From Actinomycetota bacterium (lineage in GTDB: Bacteria > Actinomycetota > Actinomycetes > Nanopelagicales > Nanopelagicaceae): a stretch of DNA of 64,000 nucleotides. This document shows, one piece after another, positions 55,083-64,000 of the stretch. The translations under genes were made by a program, and so were the position numbers. The DNA is taken from assembly GCA_016870855.1 (NCBI GenBank), contig VGAF01000001.1, forward strand, positions 88 through 64,087, in the 5' to 3' direction. How positions within the stretch are numbered: the first letter of the stretch is position 1; each line of letters begins with the position of its first letter. Under the pieces are notes generated by a model. That model saw only the letters and a list, made by a program, of their open reading frames with translations, was not told the origin of the DNA and did not search any database.

Positions 55083-56717
55083 ATGGCTAGTGAGCTCAGC
55101 GACGAATTGAGGGGCGAAGTCTTGGCCTGGATCGCAGAAGATCCAGATCCAAAGACCAAGTCCCTTCTTCAAACTTGGTTGGAATCTGGAGAAGTTGCGG
55201 ATATACAGGCTTGTTTCCAAGGTTTTCTTGAGTTTGGTACGGCCGGAATACGTGGCCCGCTAGGACCTGGGCCATCTCGAATGAATCGCGCCGTTGTATC
55301 GAAAACTGCCTATGGAATCGCAACCTTCATGCGCATGAATTCACTTAAGTCAATCGTTATTGGACGAGATGCCCGCTATGGCTCAGAAGATTTCACTCGT
55401 GATACCGCTGAAGTTATGAGTGGCGCTGGTTTCGAAGTTTTTGTACTTCCTCGCCCACTACCAACTCCAGTCCTTGCATATGCAGTTCGAAAGCTTGGTT
55501 GCGATGTCGGAGTGATGGTCACTGCAAGTCACAACCCACCACAAGATAATGGTTACAAGGTTTATCTTGGCGGGACAGTAAAGGGAGTTAGATATGAAGG
55601 CTCCCAAATCATTTCACCGACCGATAGTGAGATTTCTGCAGAAATCGCTAAGACTCCAAAGCTGAATACCGTTAAACGCGGCACTGAGTGGACCATCCTG
55701 GGCGAAGAAATAGTTAATGAATATGTCCAGGTCACTTCAAAGTTGGCGGGCGCTCCAGAGAAATTGAAGATTGTCTATACCGCCATGCACGGAGTGGGTA
55801 AAGAAACGCTCCTTAAAGTTTTTGCAGAAGCTGGTTTTGAGCAACCGACTCTCGTTACCGAACAAGCCGAACCAGATCCCGACTTTCCCACCGTGGCTTT
55901 TCCCAATCCAGAAGAACCAGGCGCAATTGATCTCTCACTAAAACTTGCTCGCGAAGTAGGCGCAGACCTAGTAATTGCTAATGATCCAGATGCCGATCGT
56001 TGTGCAGCTGCAATTGATGATGGTGGTTGGCGGATGCTTCGTGGTGATGAAGTTGGTGCGCTACTCGGTGAGTATCTTGCTAGTAAGACAACTAGCGGCA
56101 ACAACGTCCTTGCCAATTCAATTGTCTCCTCTTCAATTCTCAAGAAAATCGCCGCTGCTTACAACCTACCCTTCACAGAGACGCTTACTGGCTTTAAATA
56201 CCTCGCTAAAGTCGAGAATCTCCGCTTTGGCTACGAAGAAGCGCTTGGTTATGCAGTCGATGCCAACTCGGTAAATGACAAAGATGGAATCAGCGCGGCC
56301 CTTGTTATTGCCCAACTCGCGGCGGATTTGAAGCGCCAAGGAAGAACGATTGCAGATTACCTAGATGAGATCTGGAAAAAGTATGGATTTCATGGGACCA
56401 GACAGATTTCGGTACGCACGAAGAGCATTTCAGATATTGAAACCATAATGGGTAAGTTAAGAAATAGCCTTCCTGTTGAGATTGGTGGTTTTAAGGTCAC
56501 ATCCTTTGATGATTTAGAGAGACCAAGCGATGGCCTTCCACCGACTAATGGAGTAAGAATCTGGCTTGATGGAAAGTATCGGGTGATAGTCCGCCCGAGT
56601 GGAACTGAGCCCAAGATGAAGTGCTATATCGAAGTGGTTACTAAGACAAATGGGGAATCTTTACCGATTCTAGATACGCTCGAGCGTGAATTCCGAACTC
56701 TTATGGCGGTAGCGTAA
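55083..56717 (+). CDS. pmmB: phospho-sugar mutase (PmmB-like; probable phosphopentomutase role)
   Basis: TASHNPPQDNGYKVY and ANDPDADR. 544 aa. It follows the PNP gene as at Rv3307/Rv3308. Confidence 0.8.
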   Translation: MASELSDELRGEVLAWIAEDPDPKTKSLLQTWLESGEVADIQACFQGFLEFGTAGIRGPLGPGPSRMNRAVVSKTAYGIATFMRMNSLKSIVIGRDARYGSEDFTRDTAEVMSGAGFEVFVLPRPLPTPVLAYAVRKLGCDVGVMVTASHNPPQDNGYKVYLGGTVKGVRYEGSQIISPTDSEISAEIAKTPKLNTVKRGTEWTILGEEIVNEYVQVTSKLAGAPEKLKIVYTAMHGVGKETLLKVFAEAGFEQPTLVTEQAEPDPDFPTVAFPNPEEPGAIDLSLKLAREVGADLVIANDPDADRCAAAIDDGGWRMLRGDEVGALLGEYLASKTTSGNNVLANSIVSSSILKKIAAAYNLPFTETLTGFKYLAKVENLRFGYEEALGYAVDANSVNDKDGISAALVIAQLAADLKRQGRTIADYLDEIWKKYGFHGTRQISVRTKSISDIETIMGKLRNSLPVEIGGFKVTSFDDLERPSDGLPPTNGVRIWLDGKYRVIVRPSGTEPKMKCYIEVVTKTNGESLPILDTLEREFRTLMAVA

Positions 56718-56721
56718 GCAC

Positions 56722-57675
56722 ATGAGCGAATTAGGTAACAAGCTAATTGATGGCTCAGAAAGTTCGCTAAGAGCTTTTCTAGATAACTTACCGGGTGTAG
56801 ATAAAGTCGGCGCTGAAGGTCGAGCTGCCATGTTGGGCACAAGAAGTATAAAGACAACAAGTAAAGCGAGAGCAATCGATCTTGCGATTAGCATGGTTGA
56901 CCTAACAACTTTAGAGGGCGCAGATACTCCAGGAAAAGTTAGATCGTTATGCGCCAAAGCGCTTCGACCAGATCCGAGCGACTTAAAAGTGCCCCATGTG
57001 GGAGCAATCTGCGTCTACAACGATATGGTGAAGGTTGCTCGAGATTATCTTGATTCGATTGGTGGCCAATCAATCCCAGTTGCTGCAGTCTCGACCGCAT
57101 TCCCATCTGGAAGAGCCTCTATGGAAGTTAAGTTACGGGATACGCAAGATGCGATTGAATCTGGCGCATCTGAGATTGATATGGTGATAGATCGAGGTGC
57201 GTTTTTATCTGGAAAGTTTGGATCAGTCTTTGATGAGATTAGGGAAATCAAAGCTCTATGTGGCGAAAAGGCCCATTTAAAGGTGATTTTGGAGACGGGC
57301 GAACTGGCAACTTATGACAATGTCCGAAAAGCCTCCTATCTGGCGATGCTCGCTGGAGCCGACTTCATCAAGACAAGTACTGGAAAAGTTTCGCCAGCCG
57401 CCACTCCGCCAGTCGTGCTGGTTATGCTCGAAGCAGTCCGTGACTTCTTTGCCCTTACGGGTAAGAAGATCGGCGTTAAGCCCGCTGGTGGTATTAGAAC
57501 TACAAAGGATGCAATCAAGCAACTCGTTCTAGTTAATGAGACGACCGGTCCCGAGTGGCTGACTCCCAAACTCTTCCGAATTGGTGCGAGCGCCCTACTA
57601 AATGATCTTCTAATGCAGCGGATGAAGCTAAGTAATGGCCGATATTCAAGCGCCAATTATGTTACGGTGGATTAA
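56722..57675 (+). CDS. deoC: deoxyribose-phosphate aldolase (long form)
   Basis: EIDMVIDRG, LKVILETGEL, and Schiff-base Lys in FIKTSTGK. Confidence 0.88.
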   Translation: MSELGNKLIDGSESSLRAFLDNLPGVDKVGAEGRAAMLGTRSIKTTSKARAIDLAISMVDLTTLEGADTPGKVRSLCAKALRPDPSDLKVPHVGAICVYNDMVKVARDYLDSIGGQSIPVAAVSTAFPSGRASMEVKLRDTQDAIESGASEIDMVIDRGAFLSGKFGSVFDEIREIKALCGEKAHLKVILETGELATYDNVRKASYLAMLAGADFIKTSTGKVSPAATPPVVLVMLEAVRDFFALTGKKIGVKPAGGIRTTKDAIKQLVLVNETTGPEWLTPKLFRIGASALLNDLLMQRMKLSNGRYSSANYVTVD

Positions 57676-57677
57676 TA

Positions 57678-59126
57678 ATGAGCGCTGATATCTTCGAATA
57701 CGCACCCGCTCCCGAATCCCGGGCCATCGTGAAGTTAAATAGTGAATATGGACTTTTCATTAATGGTAAGTGGGTCTCGCCACAATCGAAGAAGAAATTT
57801 TCCTCAATAAATCCAGCTACCGAAGAGGTGTTGGCCAAAGTTTCCCAAGGTAACCAGGCTGATGTTGATAAAGCTGTTAAAGCAGCTCGAGCGGCCTATA
57901 ACAAGGTCTGGTCAAAAACCAAACCAAAGGAGCGTGCCAAGTACTTATTTAGAATTGCACGGCTTCTTCAAGAGCGTGCTCGCGAGTTTGCAGTCTTGGA
58001 ATCACTTGATAATGGAAAGCCCATTCGCGAGACGCGCGATGTAGATGTCCCGTTATCAGCAGCTCACTTCTTCTATCACGCTGGTTGGGCCGATAAGCTC
58101 GAATACGCTGGTTACGGTGATAATCCAAAACCGTATGGTGTAGTCGCCCAGATAATTCCGTGGAACTTCCCATTACTCATGCTTGCTTGGAAGGTCGCTC
58201 CTGCACTCGCAACCGGAAACACCGTCGTGCTAAAGCCGGCAGAAACAACCCCGCTAACAGCGCTGCTTTTTGCTGAGATTTGCCAGCAGGCTGAGCTTCC
58301 AGCTGGTGTTGTAAATATCGTTACCGGCGATGGCGCTACAGGTGCCGCACTTGTGAACCATGGCGATATCGATAAGGTCGCATTTACTGGATCAACTGAA
58401 GTTGGAAAGGCGATTGCCACATCAATTGCAGATCGAGGTATTCCGGCAACGCTAGAACTTGGTGGCAAGGGCGCAAACATAGTCTTTGATGATGCCCCGA
58501 TTGATGAGGCGGTAGAGGGAATCATCAACGGAATCTTCTTTAATCAGGGCCATGTCTGTTGCGCCGGTTCACGTTTATTGCTTCAAGAAAGTATTGTCGA
58601 TGACTTCTTAACTAAGTTGCAATCGCGAATGGCAAAGATTCGAGTAGGAGATCCGCTCGATAAGAACACAGACCTGGGCGCGATTAACTCAGCTGCTCAG
58701 TTATCAAAGATTAAGGAACTCTCTGAATCAGGAACAAAGGAGGGAGCAAATATCTGGAGCGCTCCATGTTCTCTGCCTGCAAAAGGTTTCTGGTATCCCC
58801 CAACTATTTTCACCGGCGTCACTCAAGCCCATCGAATTGCACGTGAAGAGATATTTGGTCCAGTCTTATCCGTTCTAACATTCCGCACCCCACAAGAAGC
58901 GATGGAGAAAGCGAATAACACTCCATATGGTTTATCTGCTGGTATCTGGACTGAGAAAGGCTCCAAGATTCTCTGGGCTGCGCAACAGTTAAAAGCTGGC
59001 GTTATTTGGGCTAATACCTTTAATAAATTTGATCCAGCTAGCCCATTTGGTGGCTATAAGGAATCGGGCTGGGGCCGTGAAGGTGGTCGCCATGGTTTGG
59101 CGGCTTACATCAAGGGGGCAAAGTAA
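57678..59126 (+). CDS. NAD(P)-dependent aldehyde dehydrogenase
   Basis: IPWNFP, FTGSTEVG, ELGGKG and FNQGHVCCAGSR (catalytic Glu and Cys present). Confidence 0.9.
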   Translation: MSADIFEYAPAPESRAIVKLNSEYGLFINGKWVSPQSKKKFSSINPATEEVLAKVSQGNQADVDKAVKAARAAYNKVWSKTKPKERAKYLFRIARLLQERAREFAVLESLDNGKPIRETRDVDVPLSAAHFFYHAGWADKLEYAGYGDNPKPYGVVAQIIPWNFPLLMLAWKVAPALATGNTVVLKPAETTPLTALLFAEICQQAELPAGVVNIVTGDGATGAALVNHGDIDKVAFTGSTEVGKAIATSIADRGIPATLELGGKGANIVFDDAPIDEAVEGIINGIFFNQGHVCCAGSRLLLQESIVDDFLTKLQSRMAKIRVGDPLDKNTDLGAINSAAQLSKIKELSESGTKEGANIWSAPCSLPAKGFWYPPTIFTGVTQAHRIAREEIFGPVLSVLTFRTPQEAMEKANNTPYGLSAGIWTEKGSKILWAAQQLKAGVIWANTFNKFDPASPFGGYKESGWGREGGRHGLAAYIKGAK

Positions 59127-59965
59127 TGCGAATTGATGTGATGAAGACCTACAAACTTTATATCGGAGGGACTTTCCCTAGAAGTGAATCAGGACGCTCA
59201 TATGAGCTGAAGGATAAGAAGGGCAATTTCATAGCTAATCCGGCGCTGGCTTCTCGTAAGGATCTCCGTGATGCAGTTGTTGCAGCAAAAGCGGCCTTTT
59301 CAGGCTGGTCACATGCGACTGCATACAACAGAGGACAGATCCTTTATCGGATGGCCGAGATGCTTGAAAGTAGAACTGAGCAATTTGTTGCTGAGATAAA
59401 GGCTCTCGAAGGCGTCTCTGATTCGGTTGCTCGTAAGCAAGTTCAAGATTCGATTGATTTATGGGTTTGGTACGCCGGATGGAGCGACAAGATTTCAACT
59501 ACTTCCGGTGGCACAAATCCAATTGCTGGTCCGTACTACAACTTCACTATCCCAGAACCACTCGGAGTCGTTGGCGTGATTGCCGATGAGAAGGAATCAC
59601 TTTTAGGAATAACAAGAGGCCTCGCGCCAGTCATCACAAGTGGAAATACCGCCGTCTTAATTGCAAGCGAGCGACTCCCCTTATCGGCAATATCTCTTGC
59701 TGAAGTGATGGCCACAAGCGACCTCCCGACCGGTGTTGTCAACATTCTTACTGGAAGCAAGAGTGAGTTGATTCCTTGGTTGGCTAGCCATATGGAAGTA
59801 GATGGACTAGATATCTCAGGTGCTGAAAAGAAGCTAGATGGAGAGATAAAGAGAGCCGGGACTGAAAACCTTAAGCGGATTTATCGTTTTGAAAAAGATG
59901 CCTCGTTAAAGCGCATCTTGAGTTTTACAGAATATAAGACAGTCTGGCACCCAATCGGTATCTAA
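59126..59965 (+). CDS. aldehyde-dehydrogenase-like protein lacking the catalytic domain (279 aa)
   Basis: It aligns to the NAD-binding half of the adjacent ALDH and ends in FTEYKTVW. The motifs WNFP, ELGGK and the catalytic Cys region are absent. Confidence 0.7.
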   Translation: MRIDVMKTYKLYIGGTFPRSESGRSYELKDKKGNFIANPALASRKDLRDAVVAAKAAFSGWSHATAYNRGQILYRMAEMLESRTEQFVAEIKALEGVSDSVARKQVQDSIDLWVWYAGWSDKISTTSGGTNPIAGPYYNFTIPEPLGVVGVIADEKESLLGITRGLAPVITSGNTAVLIASERLPLSAISLAEVMATSDLPTGVVNILTGSKSELIPWLASHMEVDGLDISGAEKKLDGEIKRAGTENLKRIYRFEKDASLKRILSFTEYKTVWHPIGI

Positions 59966-61251
59966 ACAATCTTTGTAATAACTAGCGGCAAACTTTCTGC
60001 AACTGAAGTACCGATAACTACCGCTCCATCTAATGCTGCTTCAGCTCTTTCAAATCGAGCGGCTTCATCAGTGTGAAGCGTAAAGATCGGATCGCCCTTC
60101 TTGACTAGGGCTCCTGGTTTGGCATGAATCTCAATACCTGCGCCAGCTTGGACCTTCTCGCCTTGTCGCTCTCGACCTGCGCCAAGACGCCAAGCTGAGA
60201 TACCAACTTGAAGCGCGTTCATACTTGAGATTAGGCCGTCACTTTGCGCGGTTATTACTTTCTTTTCTCTAGCGATGGGAAGTGGAGCATCTGGATCTCC
60301 GCCCTGGGACTTCACCATCCGGCGCCAATGATCCATAGCGCTTCCGTCTTTTAGCGCCGCTTCTGGGTCCTTGCCATTTACTCCTGCAGCATCAAGCATT
60401 TCTCGGGCAAGAAGCAGGGTAAGTTCAACAACATCAGCCGGTCCACCGCCAGCAAGAACTTCAACTGATTCGCGCACCTCAAGTGCATTTCCAGCCGTAA
60501 GTCCAAGTGGAACATCCATGGCTGTCACGAGCGCTCGAGTTGTAACGCCAGCGCGCTTGCCTAACTCGACCATAGCGCTAGCTAACTCTTTCGCTCTCTC
60601 CGGTTCAGACATAAATGCGCCATTACCAGTCTTCACATCAAGGATAAGTGCGCTAGTTCCTTCTGCAATCTTCTTACTCATGATTGAGGAAGCAATTAGC
60701 GGAATTGCTGGGACAGTGCCAGTTACATCACGTAGCGCATATAACTTCTTATCGGCTGGAGCTAGCCCGGATCCAGCCGCACAGATAACTGCCCCACAAT
60801 CTTGTAGGACCTTTAACATTTCCGAATTTGTTAATGATGCTCGCCAACCAGGAATTGATTCAATTTTGTCTAATGTGCCACCGGTATGACCCAACCCTCT
60901 TCCAGAGAGTTGCGGGACCGCCGCACCACAAGCTGCAACTAACGGTGCTAACGGAAGAGTTATCTTGTCGCCGACGCCACCTGTTGAATGTTTATCGACT
61001 GTAGGTTTATCAAGCGCGCTCCAATTCATCCGCTCACCACTATTAATCATCGCATCGGTCCAACGCGATATCTCGCGGGAGTTCATTCCATTTAGAAGTA
61101 TCGCCATGAGAAGCGCAGACATCTGTTCATCGGCTACAACCCCGCGGACATAGGCATCAATTACCCAATCAATTTGGGGATCGCTTAACTCTTGCCGATC
61201 TCGCTTGGCAGAGATGATTTCAACGGCTGCGAATAACTCGGCCATCATCAA
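59962..61251 (-). CDS. deoA: thymidine / pyrimidine-nucleoside phosphorylase
   Basis: KHSTGGVGDKITL, GRGLGHTGGTLDK. 429 aa. Confidence 0.92.
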   Translation of the reverse strand: MMMAELFAAVEIISAKRDRQELSDPQIDWVIDAYVRGVVADEQMSALLMAILLNGMNSREISRWTDAMINSGERMNWSALDKPTVDKHSTGGVGDKITLPLAPLVAACGAAVPQLSGRGLGHTGGTLDKIESIPGWRASLTNSEMLKVLQDCGAVICAAGSGLAPADKKLYALRDVTGTVPAIPLIASSIMSKKIAEGTSALILDVKTGNGAFMSEPERAKELASAMVELGKRAGVTTRALVTAMDVPLGLTAGNALEVRESVEVLAGGGPADVVELTLLLAREMLDAAGVNGKDPEAALKDGSAMDHWRRMVKSQGGDPDAPLPIAREKKVITAQSDGLISSMNALQVGISAWRLGAGRERQGEKVQAGAGIEIHAKPGALVKKGDPIFTLHTDEAARFERAEAALDGAVVIGTSVAESLPLVITKIV

Positions 61252-61634
61252 TTCAGATCTTTAGGACCAAAACCCCAGGGAAGAATCACAGTCATATTTT
61301 TCGGTCCTTCTGGGGTCAATAACTCTAAGGAATCTCCGCCATGCTCATATAGAAGTTGGCGGCATCGGCCACAAGGTGAGAGCAAGTTTCCATCTTTATC
61401 TACGCAAACAACGGCAATAAGTCGGCCACCGCCGCTCATAATCAGCTCAGAAACTAAGGAGCATTCGGCGCAGAGAGTTAGACCATAGCTTGCATTTTCA
61501 ACATTACAACCACTAATGATGCGACCATCACTCACCTTTGCCGCGACGCCGACCGGAAACTTTGAATATGGCGAGTACGACTTCTTCATCGCTTCAGTCG
61601 CTTTTACTTGAAGCGCCTTCCAATCAATCTCCAT
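61248..61634 (-). CDS. cdd: cytidine deaminase
   Basis: YSPYSKFPVG, CAECS and PCGRCRQ. I chose the ATG at 61634 (MEIDW), because the longer track ORF overlaps the permease gene. Confidence 0.88.
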   Translation of the reverse strand: MEIDWKALQVKATEAMKKSYSPYSKFPVGVAAKVSDGRIISGCNVENASYGLTLCAECSLVSELIMSGGGRLIAVVCVDKDGNLLSPCGRCRQLLYEHGGDSLELLTPEGPKNMTVILPWGFGPKDLN

Positions 61635-61647
61635 AGATATGCCTACG

Positions 61648-62925
61648 CTAATGACTTCCGCGCGTATACGGGATTCCATCAGCCGCCGGAGCTCTAACTT
61701 TTCCAACGAAACCAGATACCGCAATTATTGTTGCGATGTATGGAACCATAAGTAGGAATTCACTTGGGATAGCTGTACCGATAATAGATAGTACGACTTG
61801 TAGGTTGTCAGCGAATCCAAAAAGTAGAGCGGCAGCGACTGCGCCCTTTGGACTCCATCTTCCGAAAATAAGCGCAGCAAGGGCAATGAAGCCCTTACCA
61901 GCAGTCATTTCTTTACCGAACATTCCCACTGCGCCAACCGTGAAGTAAGCGCCACCAAGTCCTGCTACTGCACCGGCGATGATCACATTTCTAAAGCGAA
62001 GCGCATTGACTTTTATACCGACCGAATCGGCAGCTGTCGGATGTTCACCGACTGCGCGAGTACGAAGTCCCCAACGAGTCTTAAATAGGTAGTAATGAGT
62101 GAGCCCAACAGCTAGATACATTAAGTAGACGATGATGGTCTGCTTGAAGAGAACTGGGCCGATTATCGGCAACTTCGATAGTAATGGAATCTCAATTGGC
62201 GAGAGGATTGGTCCACTATTCCAGGTATCTTGATAAGGAATTAACAACTTCTTATATAAAAAGCCAGTAAGTCCGATAACAAGAACGTTTATAACGAATC
62301 CCAGGATGACCTGGTCAATCTGGTACTTGATGGCGAAGGTTGCCAAGATCAATGAGATAAGCGCGCCTGCAAATGGCGCCACGATTAACCCCCAGGTCGT
62401 GCTCTGGGTAAGGCTTGCTACAACGCCCGCCGCAAAGGCCGCAGCTAGAAGTTGGCCCTCGATTGCGATGTTTATGACGCCCGAGCGCTCACAGATAACG
62501 CCCGCCATCGCGCCAAATATGAGCGGAACCGCAAGCAATAACGCACCTTGTAAGACTCCCGTTAGCGGGATAAAACTTCCTTTGGCTGCCCAAGATAGAA
62601 ATGCCATTAGTAGCGAGAAGGCGCCGATAAAGGAGAAAGCTCCGACTTTCTTGCCCTTTGTGAAGAATATATAGGAAGCAATAGTGGATAACGCTGCCAG
62701 CGAAATAAAGATTATTGCAGCAGTTCTTGAGTTGATGATCCATTCATTGATTAATACCCATTCATCGCGAAGCACAAAGCCATAAGTGACATTTGCTGGA
62801 TCTTTAGCAAGAAAGATAAATGGAATGCTCGCAAGGAGAGTAAAGATTCCGAGCGTATAAATACCTCTTCGGGTTCGCCGTTGAGCGGGAGTTAGGTTAG
62901 AAATCTTGGCCATTATCCATTCCAA
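61648..62925 (-). CDS. ABC transporter permease, BMP/nucleoside (YufQ/NupC-like) type
   Basis: 425-aa polytopic protein of the branched-chain/ribose-type permease fold, located upstream of cdd-deoA. Confidence 0.75.
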   Translation of the reverse strand: MEWIMAKISNLTPAQRRTRRGIYTLGIFTLLASIPFIFLAKDPANVTYGFVLRDEWVLINEWIINSRTAAIIFISLAALSTIASYIFFTKGKKVGAFSFIGAFSLLMAFLSWAAKGSFIPLTGVLQGALLLAVPLIFGAMAGVICERSGVINIAIEGQLLAAAFAAGVVASLTQSTTWGLIVAPFAGALISLILATFAIKYQIDQVILGFVINVLVIGLTGFLYKKLLIPYQDTWNSGPILSPIEIPLLSKLPIIGPVLFKQTIIVYLMYLAVGLTHYYLFKTRWGLRTRAVGEHPTAADSVGIKVNALRFRNVIIAGAVAGLGGAYFTVGAVGMFGKEMTAGKGFIALAALIFGRWSPKGAVAAALLFGFADNLQVVLSIIGTAIPSEFLLMVPYIATIIAVSGFVGKVRAPAADGIPYTRGSH

Positions 62926-64000
62926 CCCTTCGCAGCCATACCTGAAGATGCGTTGATGTTCTTCAACCTAAAGAGCGCTTTTACTAGAGCTGGAGCGGCA
63001 ATGAAGAGAATTATGAGCGCTTGGATAACAAGAACTAAATCAAGTGGAGTATCAGTCTTTGCTTGCATCATCTGACCGCCGACTCGAAGCGATGCAAAGA
63101 GGAATGCGGAGAGAACTACTCCGAGCGGCTTAGCCCGCCCGAGAAGCGCAACAGTAATTGCATCAAAACCAAATGATCCAGCGATTCCTACAGTAAGTGC
63201 ATACTCGCCACCAAGGACATTGAGCGCGCCACCTAGTCCCGCTAGCGCTCCTGCAACGATCATTACCGATGTGGTGACGAAAGCGACCGACATACCAGCA
63301 GTTCGCGCCGCCGCAGCATTTGCGCCGACAGCACGGAACCTAAAGCCAAGAGTTGTCTTGTTTAGTAGGAATGCGATCAACCACGCCACCAGTAACGAGA
63401 TCAATATCGCCACGCTGATGCGAAACTCGCTCCCCAAAATCTTCGGCAATTGAGCGCTCTCCAGAATATCTGGGGCAATCGGATCATTTCGTCCTTCACG
63501 CAAAAATGCTTCAGTCTTTAACAGCCAGAGCAACAAATAGCTAGCAACATAATTAAGCATGATTGTGACGATGACTTCATGTGCACCAGTCTTTGCCTTC
63601 AAAAGACCAACAATTCCGCCGTAGATTCCTGCGATAAATACGCCAAAGAGAGTTGCAACTGTGATGTGAACAATTGGCGGCAATTCATAAGTGAATCCGA
63701 TATACGAAGCGCCAATTGCGCCAAATATAAATTGGCCCTGTGCTCCGATATTGAAGAGTCCAGCGCGGAATGCAAGTGCAACCGATAATCCAGCAAGAAT
63801 TAGTGGTGCCGCAACAACTAAGGTCTCAGATATCGGATAGAAACCTTGTCCGCCACCTTGACGAGCCAAGTTTGGATCGTAGAAGGCGCCTTCAAAGAGC
63901 GCGACATATGCATTCCATGCCGTAGCAGCGCCAGCTTTAACCATCTCCCACGGCTCAGAGCGAAGGGCGAGAACCTTTGCATCTGAGAAAGCAATTAACA
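62913..64000 (-). CDS. ABC transporter permease, BMP/nucleoside (YufP/NupB-like) type, N-terminus probably beyond the right window edge
   Basis: The frame stays open from 63944 to position 64000 (...LIAFSDAKVLALRSEPWEMVKAG). The ORF is polytopic and overlaps the next permease gene by 13 nt. Confidence 0.7.
   Translation of the reverse strand, partial: LIAFSDAKVLALRSEPWEMVKAGAATAWNAYVALFEGAFYDPNLARQGGGQGFYPISETLVVAAPLILAGLSVALAFRAGLFNIGAQGQFIFGAIGASYIGFTYELPPIVHITVATLFGVFIAGIYGGIVGLLKAKTGAHEVIVTIMLNYVASYLLLWLLKTEAFLREGRNDPIAPDILESAQLPKILGSEFRISVAILISLLVAWLIAFLLNKTTLGFRFRAVGANAAAARTAGMSVAFVTTSVMIVAGALAGLGGALNVLGGEYALTVGIAGSFGFDAITVALLGRAKPLGVVLSAFLFASLRVGGQMMQAKTDTPLDLVLVIQALIILFIAAPALVKALFRLKNINASSGMAAKGWNG

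Noticed and set aside
61635-61724. Longer start for cdd, overlapping the permease gene
   Set aside because: Cdd homology begins at MEIDW (ATG 61634), and the extension is out of frame inside the permease 3' end.
1-64000. CRISPR arrays, transposases, prophage or defence-system genes
   Set aside because: I scanned all spacers and ORF translations. There is no repeat-spacer periodicity, no DDE or serine/tyrosine recombinase motifs, and no nuclease, RT or helicase combinations typical of defence islands.

Overview
This 64-kb window reads as a core-chromosome segment of a streamlined, fairly low-GC (by eye mid/high-40s %) actinobacterium. The hallmarks are two WhiB-family proteins, mtrA-mtrB, pdtaS, mshB, DUF3117, DUF3107, DUF3499, an LCP protein and a SecA with a SEC-C zinc tail.

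I support about 70 protein genes and one tRNA-Arg(CCG). I see no rRNA, CRISPR array, transposase, integrase, phage or defence-type genes.

Gene order, left to right:
- a methyltransferase (partial), a short HPF and small membrane proteins
- a LacI-controlled alpha-glucoside locus (GH13 glucosidase, lipoprotein SBP, two permeases, no ATPase gene), followed by a PatB/MalY lyase and a CrtI-like oxidoreductase
- DUF1501 plus an orphan Trp-rich ORF, then alkA, msrAB and the tRNA
- whiB1/pdtaS with an upstream SAF plus CpaE-like pair
- secA-comF-mtrBA-ahcY
- the manB-DUF3499-DUF5719-giant GT2-whiB2-manC envelope cluster
- dapC-fdxA, cysS, mshB, TetR/DUF3107
- a 10-gene same-strand run from DUF3117/pepA to a ParA-like protein
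- LOG/dapD and a cell-wall glycopolymer group (SpoIID-like, GT2, LCP, ugd)
- a large nucleoside/deoxyribose catabolic cluster (maf-ggct-punA-pmmB-deoC-ALDH-ALDH' converging on nucleoside ABC permeases-cdd-deoA)

From memory, the order matches several compacted M. tuberculosis blocks: Rv3219-Rv3264c, Rv1170-1178, Rv3208-3213c, Rv1229c-Rv1201c and Rv3282-3315c.

I found no obvious self-contained novel system. The points most worth a second look are:
- an eroded PurK-like ATP-grasp remnant
- an ALDH paralogue lacking its whole catalytic domain, coupled to a full ALDH
- a SAF/CpaE-like pair that appears co-transcribed with pdtaS
- a ParA-like protein lacking both Walker-A lysines
- a stand-alone sigma-70 region-4 mini-protein
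- mtrAB without lpqB
- a CTD-less HPF
- extreme compaction, including interlocked convergent stop codons

All family calls are by-eye motif recognition. No searches were run.
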